A DNA stretch of 64,000 nucleotides from a virus, in the UHGV virus genome UHGV-0072281; one strand, written 5' to 3'. Made by a program: the position numbers and the translations under genes. Shown here one piece after another: positions 45,368 to 55,587 of the stretch. The notes under the pieces were generated by a model. That model was not told the DNA's origin. It did no database searches and was given only the letters and a program-made list of their open reading frames with translations. Numbering within the stretch: position 1 is the first letter of the stretch; every line of letters begins with the position of its first letter.

Positions 45368-46993
45368 GTGAATAAACTTAATTGGGTTGACTTTTATCTG
45401 CTCAATGTAAACAAGTCTCTTGTGTCGCGATTACGACCCGTCACGACCACAGATACTTTTCAAGGGTTGACAAAAAACTTTCACCCTGAAGGGTTGTACT
45501 CCACGGAGATATTCGGTCTTACGGGAAGTGAAGCCCGAGACTCAATGTTTTCTTACATTGATATTAAATTAGATATCATTTCGCCGACGGTGTGTTTGGC
45601 GTTATTCCAACTAAAACAACTCTACGAAGAAATTTGTTCTGGAAAACGCTACGCAACCTGGAGCGAAAAAGAAAAAGATTTTGAACCGGCTTTGCCTGGC
45701 GACGCTGGCGCAGATACCGGTTTTAACTTTTTCCTTAGTCACTACAACGACTTAAAACCCGGACGTAACGAATCGTTACAACGTGACGAAACGGTGGATT
45801 TCTTCGAGAAGTTCCGTCCCGTGAGTCTTAGCCGCTATGTTCTCGTATTACCCGCGGGTTTACGTGATTTGGTGGTTAGACAAGACGGTAGGGAACAGGA
45901 AGAGGAAATCGGTGGGTTATATCGTCGTTTGATTTCTTTGGCCAGGGCGATTCCTGACCGCGCTACACGGGTTGAATTAACGAACCCTGTACGATGGAAA
46001 CTCCAACAAACCTTTAACGAAATCTGGATGTACTTCTTTAACATCCAGGACGGTAAAGGTGGCTTCCAACGTCGTAAAGTGACGTCGCGTAAACTGATGA
46101 ACGGGACACGTAACGTATTGTCCTCATTCTCCACAGGCTCTAAATGCATGGGGCGTGAGGATGCGATTCGACCGACCGACACCAAAATTGGTTTGTATCA
46201 GGGTCTGAAAGCGTTGCTACCTGTTGCGCAATACCAGATACGTGAACGTTACCTCGGTAACATTCGTGCTGGCGATGGCAACCTTTATGGCGTAAACACC
46301 AAAACGCTTAAACGCGAGTTCTTGGAGGTTGGGGGTCGTGTTTACGACACCTTTACCACAGACGACGGTATCGAAACATTAATTAACCGGATGGAAGCTC
46401 GCGAGCTTCGTCATCAACCGTTAATGATTAACGATACCCATTACGTCGCGCTGGTCTACCAAGACAACAAACATTTTAAGGTGTTCTACGATATCGACGA
46501 ACTGCCTAAAACGTTTGACCGTAAAAACGTCCACGGAATGACCCTGGTAGAATTACTCTACTTATCGGGTTACGAACTGTGGAACAATTATTTCGGTTTC
46601 GTTACACGTTATCCCGTCACCGGTCGAGGCTCGACGTACTCATCGACCATAAGATTGGAGACCACCACGTCATCTTTATACCTAAAAGAACTGGAGGATG
46701 ACTGGGAGACTGAAAAGCCACACGGAGCTATCAGTTATCCTGACAGGACGGTTCCGACCTTTGTCGAGTCGATGGCACCGCACCCGTCACGATTGGGTGG
46801 CTTAGGGGGTGACTACGATGGTGACACCGGTTCACTTAACGCGCCTATGTCGCAAGAAGCACTCGAGGAAAACCGTAACTGGATACACTCGAAGAACTAC
46901 TGGTTCGATTCTGACGGGAATTTCAAAATCAATCCTGTCAACAACGTGATTAAACGTGCGACGCAAGCGTTATTAAAGAATCCAAAAGGCTAA
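45368..46993 (+). CDS. multisubunit RNA polymerase beta-prime-like subunit, N-terminal part (split beta-prime; GTG start)
   Basis: blocks parallel E. coli beta-prime as recalled: HPEGLYSTEIFG (ERDGLFCARIFGP), VLVLPAGLRDLVVRQDGRE..GGLYRRLISL (VLPVLPPDLRP..DLNDLYRRVINR), GKGGFQRRKV (GKQGRFRQNLLGKRV), GGDYDGDTGSLNAPM (NADFDGDQMAVHVPL); zinc-ribbon cysteines absent. Confidence 0.75.
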   Translation: MNKLNWVDFYLLNVNKSLVSRLRPVTTTDTFQGLTKNFHPEGLYSTEIFGLTGSEARDSMFSYIDIKLDIISPTVCLALFQLKQLYEEICSGKRYATWSEKEKDFEPALPGDAGADTGFNFFLSHYNDLKPGRNESLQRDETVDFFEKFRPVSLSRYVLVLPAGLRDLVVRQDGREQEEEIGGLYRRLISLARAIPDRATRVELTNPVRWKLQQTFNEIWMYFFNIQDGKGGFQRRKVTSRKLMNGTRNVLSSFSTGSKCMGREDAIRPTDTKIGLYQGLKALLPVAQYQIRERYLGNIRAGDGNLYGVNTKTLKREFLEVGGRVYDTFTTDDGIETLINRMEARELRHQPLMINDTHYVALVYQDNKHFKVFYDIDELPKTFDRKNVHGMTLVELLYLSGYELWNNYFGFVTRYPVTGRGSTYSSTIRLETTTSSLYLKELEDDWETEKPHGAISYPDRTVPTFVESMAPHPSRLGGLGGDYDGDTGSLNAPMSQEALEENRNWIHSKNYWFDSDGNFKINPVNNVIKRATQALLKNPKG

Positions 46994-46996
46994 TCA

Positions 46997-49900
46997 ATGT
47001 TGCTCATTAAACAGTTTAACCAACGCTTCTCTGTGCGTAAAACAGACGAGTTTGGTAATCCGAGGATTATCCCGCTCGAGAAGCTCCAGATACCACGAGG
47101 CTCTATACTGCACGTCGTGGATCTCGATCAGGTGGTCTTAGCGCCACCTGCTACGCTGGAAATCATCCAGCCGTTGGAAAAACCTGCACAAATTCGCCAC
47201 CACTTTAAACTTCCCGAAGAAGGGATCAGTGGGCATCCACGTAACAAACCTGTGCAGGGGCAAGAACGTGCTATCTTTGCGTACCATCGCGCAAACCGTC
47301 CAATTCGTCGTCTGACTTCAGACGACCTGATTCGTAAAGACTTAAAAGTTCTCCTTATTGAGAACTATACACCGATGTTATCGCACTACTATTATCCAGA
47401 CACTCAACTAGCCTGGTACGATAGACTGCGTAACATCCAGCTGTTAATGACTAACCAGTTCAAATACGACACGCAAGAATACATGCGTCAGAACTACTTC
47501 GTGATTGTGCTGGGGTCAACGTTACCGTCTTTCCAGAAGTTCCAAACGACGTATAACGATCGTGTTAAAAGCAAGATTGAAAAGTTCCAGGACTTTAACC
47601 TGCTGTGGTTATTGGAACTGTTCGCTTGGGCATACGGTAAACAGTCTGATTCTCTGTTTGCAGGAATGGACTTAACGCAACTGTCTCGAATGAACTTCAT
47701 CTTCACCCACAACAGCGGCTTTACGTCGATGAACATGGGTGTCGTGGAGAAGATGCGTAAATCGTCCGGTGGTCGTTTAAGTGACGATCAGATGGCCAGG
47801 ATGTTCTATCGTACGTTAGTGCGTGTAATGACACAAGCACCGTCTAATGCGTACGAAGCTGAATTCCTGACACCGGAAGGTGATGAACGTATCTTTGTTA
47901 AGGACATCGAAGAGGATGCCGTTGACGTCGTTGACGATACAGACGTTGTTAACGACGCTGTGGTTGAATCGGATAACGCTTTCGATGAAAAAGAAGACCT
48001 CGTTATTGAGGAGCCGAAAGAAGACGTTAAGCCGACGACTATCGTTATCGAAAAAACGATTGCTCACGATGACATTATCAAACAGGAAGCGCAGAAACTG
48101 GCTGAGGCGGGCCGCTTAAGCTCCAAAGCGTATCAGTTCCTGTCTGATTCGACCAAACGTTTCGTTCAGTTACCAAACCCGTACAACCCGAAAGAGACTT
48201 ACGGTGAAGCATTAACCATTCACGAAAAAGACATTGCCGTGAAAGCGGAACCGAAGAAAGTCCAGCGACTGGTTACGGATGAAGGTTGGGCAGAAAACGT
48301 TACCGACCAAATGGTGAAACAATACAACCAGACCATGATGAGTAAAGACGTACTGGCAGCAGTCGCCAGTTCTCAACGTCTTGGTTTGGCTATTCACAAC
48401 CACACGATCGAGAAAGAGATTTCCGTTACGGGAACTATCGAACACCACACCCTGCGTGTTCAACCGATTGGCGGTGAACCGACGACGGTACGTTTCTCTA
48501 TCCCTGGCTTAACTGAAGATGGTACCTGGGTAGCGAACGGTGTTGAATACACCATGCGTCGTCAGCGTGTAGACGTTCCGATTCGTAAGGTCGCCCCAGA
48601 CACCGTAGCGTTAACTACCGCTTACGGTAAAAACTTCGTACGTCGTAGTGACAAAGTCGCAAACGACTACGGCCGTTGGTTAACGAACGCGATTATCACG
48701 CGTGCCGTAGACCCGACCAACACGGAGATCACCGACGCACGACTCGCGAACGTTTTCGATCCTACTGAGAAACTTCCTCGTCAGTATACGGAGATTGCAC
48801 GTCGTATCGCCAGCTTTAATGCAGGCGGGTATATGTGGAATTTCGATTATAAAGAAGCGGTTAACTTCTTTAATGACGAACAGCTTACTGACGCAAACAA
48901 CGTTGAGATGTTACCGGTTGCGAAACGTCCACGCAGTGAAGTTATTGTGGTGATGGATACCAAGTCCATGCTCTATACCGTTAAGGGTAAAGAGTGTACA
49001 CCGCTGGGCACCATCTCTGAAGTGCTTGGTTTCAGTAGCCAGAAAGCGCCAAGAGAGATGACCGAGCTTTCACTGATGGGCAAATCGCTCTCACTGGGCT
49101 TCATCTTCTCGTTCTATTTAGGTCTGCAAGGGATGCTTAAACATTTCGGCATTCAGTACGAAATCGTCCCCGTTGGCCAACGTGTAGATAAGAGCACGTA
49201 CGATTCTATTATTCGTCTCCAGGACAGTAAGTTCCTGGTAACGTGTGATAACGATCAGCAACGAATGATTCTACACGGTCTGGATAAGTACCTGAAACAC
49301 CTGGTAGCTTATACCGAGTCCGAAGTCGACCGCGAAGACATTTACCTGAACTTAATACGTGATGCAGATGGGCTAACTCCACGCTACATCAACGAGCTGA
49401 AACAAATGCGGGCCGCGTTTGTTGATGACATGCACGCACGTATCCTCAGGAAAATGGGTGAACCGGAAACCTTTATCGGGCTATTGGAACGTTCTAACGA
49501 ACTGTTACAAACCGACCACTCTTTACCGGAGATTAACGGTGATGAGATGATGTTCTTAGGGAACCAACGTATTTCCTACCACATCTACACTGCGATGGTC
49601 AGGGCGATGCGTAACTACAACAACGCACCGAACAGTAACCGTAAGTTCGAACTTACTCAGGACATGATTTGGGGCGCAATTAACTCCGACCCGTCTGTTC
49701 TGTTAGCGCCGGGTGCTAACCCTATCCAGTCGATTAAAGAGAAAGACGTTATCACCATGGGTGGTACGGGTGGCCGTAACCGTAAAACAATGGTTTATCA
49801 CACGCGTGAGTTCCAACCGAGTGACCTGGGTATTGTTTCCGGTAACACGGTGGATAACGGTGATGTAGGTATTACTGCTTTCGCCACTAACAACCCACGT

Positions 49901-51163
49901 TTCGATACCGTTGACGGCACAACCTATAAACGGGATGAAAAGAACCTGAAACCGAGCGATACTCTGTCATTTATAGATGGTCTCGTACCAGATACCCTGA
50001 TGGACGACGCTAAACGTCAAAACTTCGTTGGGATTCAGTTAGGTTCTGCCACCAGTTGTAACGGCGCTACCACTACCCCTTATCGTACCGAACAGGAGAA
50101 ATTTGTCGCTCACCGTACGTCGGTGAAACACGCACGCGTTATTGATAAAGCAGGTAAAATCACCGGTCTGTCTAAAGACCATATCGAAATTACGTACGAA
50201 GATGGAAGTAAAGAAGCCTTTCCTCTAGGGCGCTGGTTCGGCCCCCACGAAGGTACCTTCTATCCGCACACCCTGGTGACTCGCTGGAAAGCCGGTGACA
50301 AACTCCCGGCCGGGGCAGTCATCACTTATAACGAGCAACACTTTGAACCCGATATCTACGACCCTACTCAGGTTTCCTGGAAAAACGGGGTGCTGGCTAC
50401 CGTCGCTTTAATCGAGGCTGAAGAAGTAATCGAAGACTCCAATGCTATTTCTGAACGGTTCGCGAAGAAAATGGTTGGGCAGGTTACTAAGCTGAAAGAA
50501 GTGGTGATTAACAGCAACCAGATGCTCCTGGAAATCGTTAACGAAGGGGAACACGTTGACGTCGACACAATCCTATGCACATTTACTGACGACCTTACGG
50601 GGGATATGAGTACCTTTAGTAAGGAAGCAGCACAAACGTTGCAAAGTTTAAGTTCGTACGCACCTCGTGCTGGGGTTCGTGGTATCGTGGATAAAATCGA
50701 AGTCGTGTATCACGGTGAAACCGAAGACATGACGCCTTCACTGGCAGAACTGGTACGCAAATACGATCGTATTCGTCGTAAAGCAGCGTTGGCTGTTAAT
50801 CGTGGCGATCCGGTATCAGGGAGTGTTAATGGGGATTACCGTGTAGAGGGTGTACCGTTAGCCTTTAACTCGCTTTGTGTTCGATTCTTTATTACGCACG
50901 AAGTTGAAATGGCCGCAGCGGATAAGATGGTTATTGCTAACCAGCTGAAAACCACTGTACAAGAAGTGATGTACGGGGAAAACAAAACAGAAGATGGCGA
51001 CGACATTGACATTTTGTTCGGTCGCGATTCTGTCGACGCACGTATCGTAGGTTCTATCCAACGAATCGGTACCGCAAATGCTGTGGGTGAACAAGCAGGG
51101 ATTCTTATCGGTCGTATTCTCGACGGCGAGTCCGTGCCTGAGTTACCAGCGACGCTTAAATAA
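46997..51163 (+). CDS. large hypothetical protein (1388 aa) co-transcribed with beta-prime-N; possibly another RNAP subunit or virion protein
   Basis: starts 4 nt after beta-prime-N stop; no unambiguous RNAP motif found by eye. Confidence 0.55.
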   Translation: MLLIKQFNQRFSVRKTDEFGNPRIIPLEKLQIPRGSILHVVDLDQVVLAPPATLEIIQPLEKPAQIRHHFKLPEEGISGHPRNKPVQGQERAIFAYHRANRPIRRLTSDDLIRKDLKVLLIENYTPMLSHYYYPDTQLAWYDRLRNIQLLMTNQFKYDTQEYMRQNYFVIVLGSTLPSFQKFQTTYNDRVKSKIEKFQDFNLLWLLELFAWAYGKQSDSLFAGMDLTQLSRMNFIFTHNSGFTSMNMGVVEKMRKSSGGRLSDDQMARMFYRTLVRVMTQAPSNAYEAEFLTPEGDERIFVKDIEEDAVDVVDDTDVVNDAVVESDNAFDEKEDLVIEEPKEDVKPTTIVIEKTIAHDDIIKQEAQKLAEAGRLSSKAYQFLSDSTKRFVQLPNPYNPKETYGEALTIHEKDIAVKAEPKKVQRLVTDEGWAENVTDQMVKQYNQTMMSKDVLAAVASSQRLGLAIHNHTIEKEISVTGTIEHHTLRVQPIGGEPTTVRFSIPGLTEDGTWVANGVEYTMRRQRVDVPIRKVAPDTVALTTAYGKNFVRRSDKVANDYGRWLTNAIITRAVDPTNTEITDARLANVFDPTEKLPRQYTEIARRIASFNAGGYMWNFDYKEAVNFFNDEQLTDANNVEMLPVAKRPRSEVIVVMDTKSMLYTVKGKECTPLGTISEVLGFSSQKAPREMTELSLMGKSLSLGFIFSFYLGLQGMLKHFGIQYEIVPVGQRVDKSTYDSIIRLQDSKFLVTCDNDQQRMILHGLDKYLKHLVAYTESEVDREDIYLNLIRDADGLTPRYINELKQMRAAFVDDMHARILRKMGEPETFIGLLERSNELLQTDHSLPEINGDEMMFLGNQRISYHIYTAMVRAMRNYNNAPNSNRKFELTQDMIWGAINSDPSVLLAPGANPIQSIKEKDVITMGGTGGRNRKTMVYHTREFQPSDLGIVSGNTVDNGDVGITAFATNNPRFDTVDGTTYKRDEKNLKPSDTLSFIDGLVPDTLMDDAKRQNFVGIQLGSATSCNGATTTPYRTEQEKFVAHRTSVKHARVIDKAGKITGLSKDHIEITYEDGSKEAFPLGRWFGPHEGTFYPHTLVTRWKAGDKLPAGAVITYNEQHFEPDIYDPTQVSWKNGVLATVALIEAEEVIEDSNAISERFAKKMVGQVTKLKEVVINSNQMLLEIVNEGEHVDVDTILCTFTDDLTGDMSTFSKEAAQTLQSLSSYAPRAGVRGIVDKIEVVYHGETEDMTPSLAELVRKYDRIRRKAALAVNRGDPVSGSVNGDYRVEGVPLAFNSLCVRFFITHEVEMAAADKMVIANQLKTTVQEVMYGENKTEDGDDIDILFGRDSVDARIVGSIQRIGTANAVGEQAGILIGRILDGESVPELPATLK

Positions 51164-51169
51164 TCTCAA

Positions 51170-51189
51170 GGGGTGGGTCGCTCCCACCC
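51170..51189 (+). other. stem-loop (ggggtggg tcgct cccaccc) without U-tract after the large gene
   Basis: read from sequence. Confidence 0.3.
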
Positions 51190-51210
51190 TGATAAACTCC
51201 GGAGTAGAGA

Positions 51211-51504
51211 ATGTCTATTTTAGATAAAATCAAACAGCGACACGGTATTCCGACTGGGAAAAATATTACCCAGCAAAGCGTGGAGGGCTATAGCCCTATC
51301 CAACGTACTAACTACGTGTCTTTGGGCAACACGGTTGAACTGGCGACCGAAATCGTGCACGGGTTGATTCGTGGCAATTCTGGAATGTCTGACCGTATCG
51401 GCGATCAGAAACTGCTGAAACGCGATATCGCTGACCTGGTGGGAGCTCGTTTGTACACGAAGCTTCAGGATGCCGTCACCACCAATAATGAGGTTAAACA
51501 ATGA
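51211..51504 (+). CDS. hypothetical small protein
   Basis: 97-aa ORF. Confidence 0.45.
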   Translation: MSILDKIKQRHGIPTGKNITQQSVEGYSPIQRTNYVSLGNTVELATEIVHGLIRGNSGMSDRIGDQKLLKRDIADLVGARLYTKLQDAVTTNNEVKQ

Positions 51505-52961
51505 TCAGTTTATACTCGCTGAACGCAGTTACCAACGCCATGAAGCTGTGCAAACAGCACAACATTCAACTCGGCACCGAGGTTGACTCTCCGGTTGATC
51601 TGTTAAACCGTGCGGTAGACCCATCGCGTGTTTTCGATACCACCATTACTGACGAACAGTTCTTCCAGGAACTGCCAGCAATCACTCAGCTGAAACGTCC
51701 GACGGAGGCAACGTCAGAAGCGTCCGTTATCCGTGACGGTGCCATTGAGCCAGAAGCGCTGCGTGTTGACGATCATGAAACTACGCTGTTCGAACTGAAG
51801 AACATGGCAATTCAACGCTGCAACGGGATGCTTGATTTCGCCCGTAACGTGGTACAGCCGTTCGTTCAGTTGGTTATTCAGAACAACGTTATCGACGAAG
51901 TTAAACCGTTGGTAGAAGACTGGAACCTGATTCCGGTGGGTATCGACAGCTGTGTTGATTCTCCAGTTGTCCAGGCACTGGTTCAGGAAATCGCTAACCC
52001 GATGGGTAACGGGACGACTTACGACCCGATTAATTTCGACGTTCCAACCAACATCGAAATCCCAGAAACGGGTGTTAAGGCGTACGACGAATTAGTACGT
52101 AGCCTGCTTAACGATTTGGATATTAGTATTTACGATGCGGCTAAACTGATCCTGGCCGGTAACAACACCGTACCAGTTGCAAGCAACGCACCGATGATTC
52201 TGAAAGAGCGTGTGCTGGTTCTGCTGCTGTCTTCCTACTACATCGAACGTCCTTGGCCTGACTCAGGCGTCGACGCGTTGAAGTGGAAAGCTGAAATGGG
52301 TCGTGCTTACTACACCTCTATCGGCTGGGTTTACGGTTTCGAAAGAGAAATCCTGAACCGTGTCGCGACAGGTAACATCATCTACAGCTACGACACCGAT
52401 AAGAAAGACGTGTATATCTGTCAGGAAACGATGGATGACTACCTGTCTAAAGGTGGTATCGTTGAAGGTCTGCTGGGCGCTATTTATCTGATGGACGAAG
52501 GCGACTATAACGTTTCTGCGCGCGTTCCTGCACTGTTGGAAAACCAGAATACTTACGTCGATGCTTATAACCGTCGTGCGATTATTACGCAGAAGAAAAA
52601 CGAGCAGGACTGGGTAACACGTAACCGTCAGTCACTGAAAACAGCATTCTCTCTGGCTATCGACCAGCTTGACCAGGGATACTTCGATAACGGAGAAGAC
52701 CAGCGTACGCGTGAAGATGTGAAGCGTTGGGTCATGGCAAGTTGCGACACCTTCTTTAGCAATGCTGATGACGACATCACGCTCTTTATTATCCAAACCG
52801 CGTGTAACGACGTGTTCCGCGTATGGGAAATTGGCCCACTGATGCGGACGATTCACCAGGCGATGTTGGATAATCAAGACCCGTCACAAGCAGCAACCAG
52901 TTGGATGATTGACTACGTTCTGGACTGGATTTCAGGTTCTGTGTTTGTTGACAAACTCTAA
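51501..52961 (+). CDS. hypothetical protein (486 aa)
   Basis: ATGA-coupled ORF. Confidence 0.55.
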   Translation: MISLYSLNAVTNAMKLCKQHNIQLGTEVDSPVDLLNRAVDPSRVFDTTITDEQFFQELPAITQLKRPTEATSEASVIRDGAIEPEALRVDDHETTLFELKNMAIQRCNGMLDFARNVVQPFVQLVIQNNVIDEVKPLVEDWNLIPVGIDSCVDSPVVQALVQEIANPMGNGTTYDPINFDVPTNIEIPETGVKAYDELVRSLLNDLDISIYDAAKLILAGNNTVPVASNAPMILKERVLVLLLSSYYIERPWPDSGVDALKWKAEMGRAYYTSIGWVYGFEREILNRVATGNIIYSYDTDKKDVYICQETMDDYLSKGGIVEGLLGAIYLMDEGDYNVSARVPALLENQNTYVDAYNRRAIITQKKNEQDWVTRNRQSLKTAFSLAIDQLDQGYFDNGEDQRTREDVKRWVMASCDTFFSNADDDITLFIIQTACNDVFRVWEIGPLMRTIHQAMLDNQDPSQAATSWMIDYVLDWISGSVFVDKL

Positions 52962-52972
52962 TGCAATAGGAG

Positions 52973-53707
52973 GTGATCGTGAGTGCGATTGAAACAGCCC
53001 GTCGTGATCCCACTAAGATTCATGCGGACTTGGTAAATAACGGCACGGTCACCACTACCAAAGGGGGATGTTACATTTACATCCCCGTTGGGTTTGTGGC
53101 GAAAGAGTTGGCGGTTATTTCTTCTACGGTAACGATTGTAGGTATTTTTGCTATCTCAACGGACCGTAAAACTTACGGGGTTTCCAGTGTCACTACACTG
53201 ATTGAGATTACCCCAACGGCGTTTGAAGAGATTGACGTCTTTGGCGTCCCTTATTACGAATTTCGTTTTGACCCCGGCACAGTGGTTTTCCCCAACCGCA
53301 ATTTACAGGTGTTGTCCGCACCGATATACAACATTGCGTCGTATATTTACGACTTTGGTAACCGTCCTTTCTGGTTTACCGCTTACGACGATGCTGAACT
53401 ATTAGCACCGGATAAGGTAAAGCGATGGAACGGTTTTACTGTATTTGCCGATCAGATTACCGCTGACGTTTATGCTGCACACACGCAGCGTAAAGTGGGT
53501 GATCCAAAAACGTTTTTCCGTTATACCTTGAAAAAAGACAGTGACTTAAACAACCCTGTCCAATTCATCCCGCTACGTAGTGGGTCTCTTAACAAAACGT
53601 CGAGACTGGCGAAGCTTGCTGACGTAGAACTGAAACGTGGTATTCGTTCTGCGCTACAAGTTGACCCAGTACGTGCCGAACCGCTCGAAGATTTGTTTAT
53701 GAGGTAA
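52973..53707 (+). CDS. hypothetical protein (GTG start)
   Basis: AGGAGGTG RBS upstream. Confidence 0.5.
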   Translation: MIVSAIETARRDPTKIHADLVNNGTVTTTKGGCYIYIPVGFVAKELAVISSTVTIVGIFAISTDRKTYGVSSVTTLIEITPTAFEEIDVFGVPYYEFRFDPGTVVFPNRNLQVLSAPIYNIASYIYDFGNRPFWFTAYDDAELLAPDKVKRWNGFTVFADQITADVYAAHTQRKVGDPKTFFRYTLKKDSDLNNPVQFIPLRSGSLNKTSRLAKLADVELKRGIRSALQVDPVRAEPLEDLFMR

Positions 53708-53738
53708 TTTACCTTTTTACTTTCACTCGGGGAAAACA

Positions 53739-54542
53739 ATGGACAACTTGACCCTACGTTACAATTGCGTAGCGTTAGCCGGTGTTAATGCTCCAGCCAC
53801 TCTGGAGAAAGACGCGGATGGTTATTACCGCGTATTATTGGGTGCTCTGAATATTTTTAACTCGGAAGGGATTTTCTACGCCTATAACGAGTCTAAGCAC
53901 GTATTCGAGCGCTCTAACATTTTCATGCGTAAAGTAAAAGCCGGTAACCTGTTCGGGGAAGAAGACCACCCTGCACCGCAACCGGGAATGACCGAAGCGC
54001 AGTGGATTGACCGTAACGAATGGATTGAGACGAAAAACGTCTGTATGCACATTCGTGAAGTCGAAGTTATTCCAACCGATCAGACCTGTAACGGTTTGCC
54101 AGTAATGGAAATCTGGGGCTGGATTAAACCGAACCGCGAACGTGGTCCGTATCTGGCAGAAGCGTTAGAGAATCCACATCAAAACGTTTGCTTCTCTCTG
54201 CGTGCTATCGTACGTGAAGGGTATGTTGGTGGGGTGAAAACGCGTCGCCTGGATCGTCTGGTCACCTTCGACTGGGTTATCGAAGATGGGCTTCAGATTT
54301 GCAACAAATACTCCGCAATTCAGCGTGGTAGCAAAGTGGCTCAGGAATCTACCCGTGTACTGCTGGACCGCCGTGTGTCGCTTCAGGCGCTGGAAGACAT
54401 CCTGCGTAACCCAAGCACCACTTCAGCTATCGCAACGGAATCTCGTCGCGGTGAAGTCCGTGCTTTAGCTCAGGAGTATCTGGCAATTGCCAACAAACGC
54501 ACCAACCTGCGGGTTATGGGCTTAGGGAACGGGAAGTGGTAA
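53739..54542 (+). CDS. hypothetical protein
   Basis: 267-aa ORF. Confidence 0.5.
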   Translation: MDNLTLRYNCVALAGVNAPATLEKDADGYYRVLLGALNIFNSEGIFYAYNESKHVFERSNIFMRKVKAGNLFGEEDHPAPQPGMTEAQWIDRNEWIETKNVCMHIREVEVIPTDQTCNGLPVMEIWGWIKPNRERGPYLAEALENPHQNVCFSLRAIVREGYVGGVKTRRLDRLVTFDWVIEDGLQICNKYSAIQRGSKVAQESTRVLLDRRVSLQALEDILRNPSTTSAIATESRRGEVRALAQEYLAIANKRTNLRVMGLGNGKW

Positions 54543-55181
54543 ATGGCTGATAATGTCGAACCTTCGCTGGTAAAGTGGTTGGAGCAACAGTTGCCACGTA
54601 CCGCGAAAAAAGTTTCGTTGAAAAAACTGGATACTGCTCCACTCCATATCAGCGATAAAAAAATCCCGGTCTTTACGCCCAGGATTCCTCATAGCGTTTA
54701 CAGCGACGAAGACAAAACGGTTCCCCGTATTTGTTGTTCAGTCGATTTAGAAAAATGTTTGCGCGGCGTTCGACGTTACTTCGTACCGAGTCCTTATGAG
54801 GACATGAGACACCGTTACTATCTTCATGCATTTGATGAGCGTGACGTTGTTCAACCATCGGTAGAACTCTCAAGTGAACCTTTCCGTGCGAACGAGGTTT
54901 GGATTGTTCCACATCGTTTATCGAACTGGGAAATCAAACCCTCCGTTATCGGTGAGTTGCGCCTAGTTCGATTAGCAGATAACGGATATAAACACACACT
55001 CGCTGTTGCATTACACGAAGACGTTCGTCTAAACAGTAACCAGCTGTTAAAGGCAGGTAAGTTTTACGAAATCACGGTGACTATCTCTGAACGGGAACCG
55101 TTGATTGTTGTTAGTGATGCGGTAGAAATCTCGCGTGGTATTTTTGACGCTGCGTTAAACGAATACACTGTAACTCCATAA
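54543..55181 (+). CDS. hypothetical protein
   Basis: 212-aa ORF. Confidence 0.5.
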   Translation: MADNVEPSLVKWLEQQLPRTAKKVSLKKLDTAPLHISDKKIPVFTPRIPHSVYSDEDKTVPRICCSVDLEKCLRGVRRYFVPSPYEDMRHRYYLHAFDERDVVQPSVELSSEPFRANEVWIVPHRLSNWEIKPSVIGELRLVRLADNGYKHTLAVALHEDVRLNSNQLLKAGKFYEITVTISEREPLIVVSDAVEISRGIFDAALNEYTVTP

Positions 55182-55230
55182 TCGCCCAGTTCATGGTCTG
55201 CAACCCGAATTTGTCGATTGTGAGGGAAGC

Positions 55231-55530
55231 ATGAAAGTGGTTAACATTGCCATACCTCCGACTTTGCAAACTTTAACGCCTGAGGAATTGAAAGCGCTAA
55301 CAATCTTTGCCGTCCAAGGACGTGCAGGAAAGGAAGTGCTTTCCGAAATACTCGCTGAACGTTTCGACACCAAACGTAAAGTAAACAACATTGTCGCAGG
55401 TATTTCACAACAAGATATCGCAAAGTTTTATTGCGACGTCCGTAAAGCTGGAACCGAAATCGACTTTACGCGTACGTATCTCTTGTTAACTGAACCTTGT
55501 CGGTTCATTCTTTCGATTAAGCAGACTTAA
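55231..55530 (+). CDS. hypothetical small protein
   Basis: 99-aa ORF. Confidence 0.45.
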   Translation: MKVVNIAIPPTLQTLTPEELKALTIFAVQGRAGKEVLSEILAERFDTKRKVNNIVAGISQQDIAKFYCDVRKAGTEIDFTRTYLLLTEPCRFILSIKQT

Positions 55531-55587
55531 TTTTTACAATTTCTACCGTTTACTGTGTCGGAGGAAAATTACAAAGGATAACCAAAT

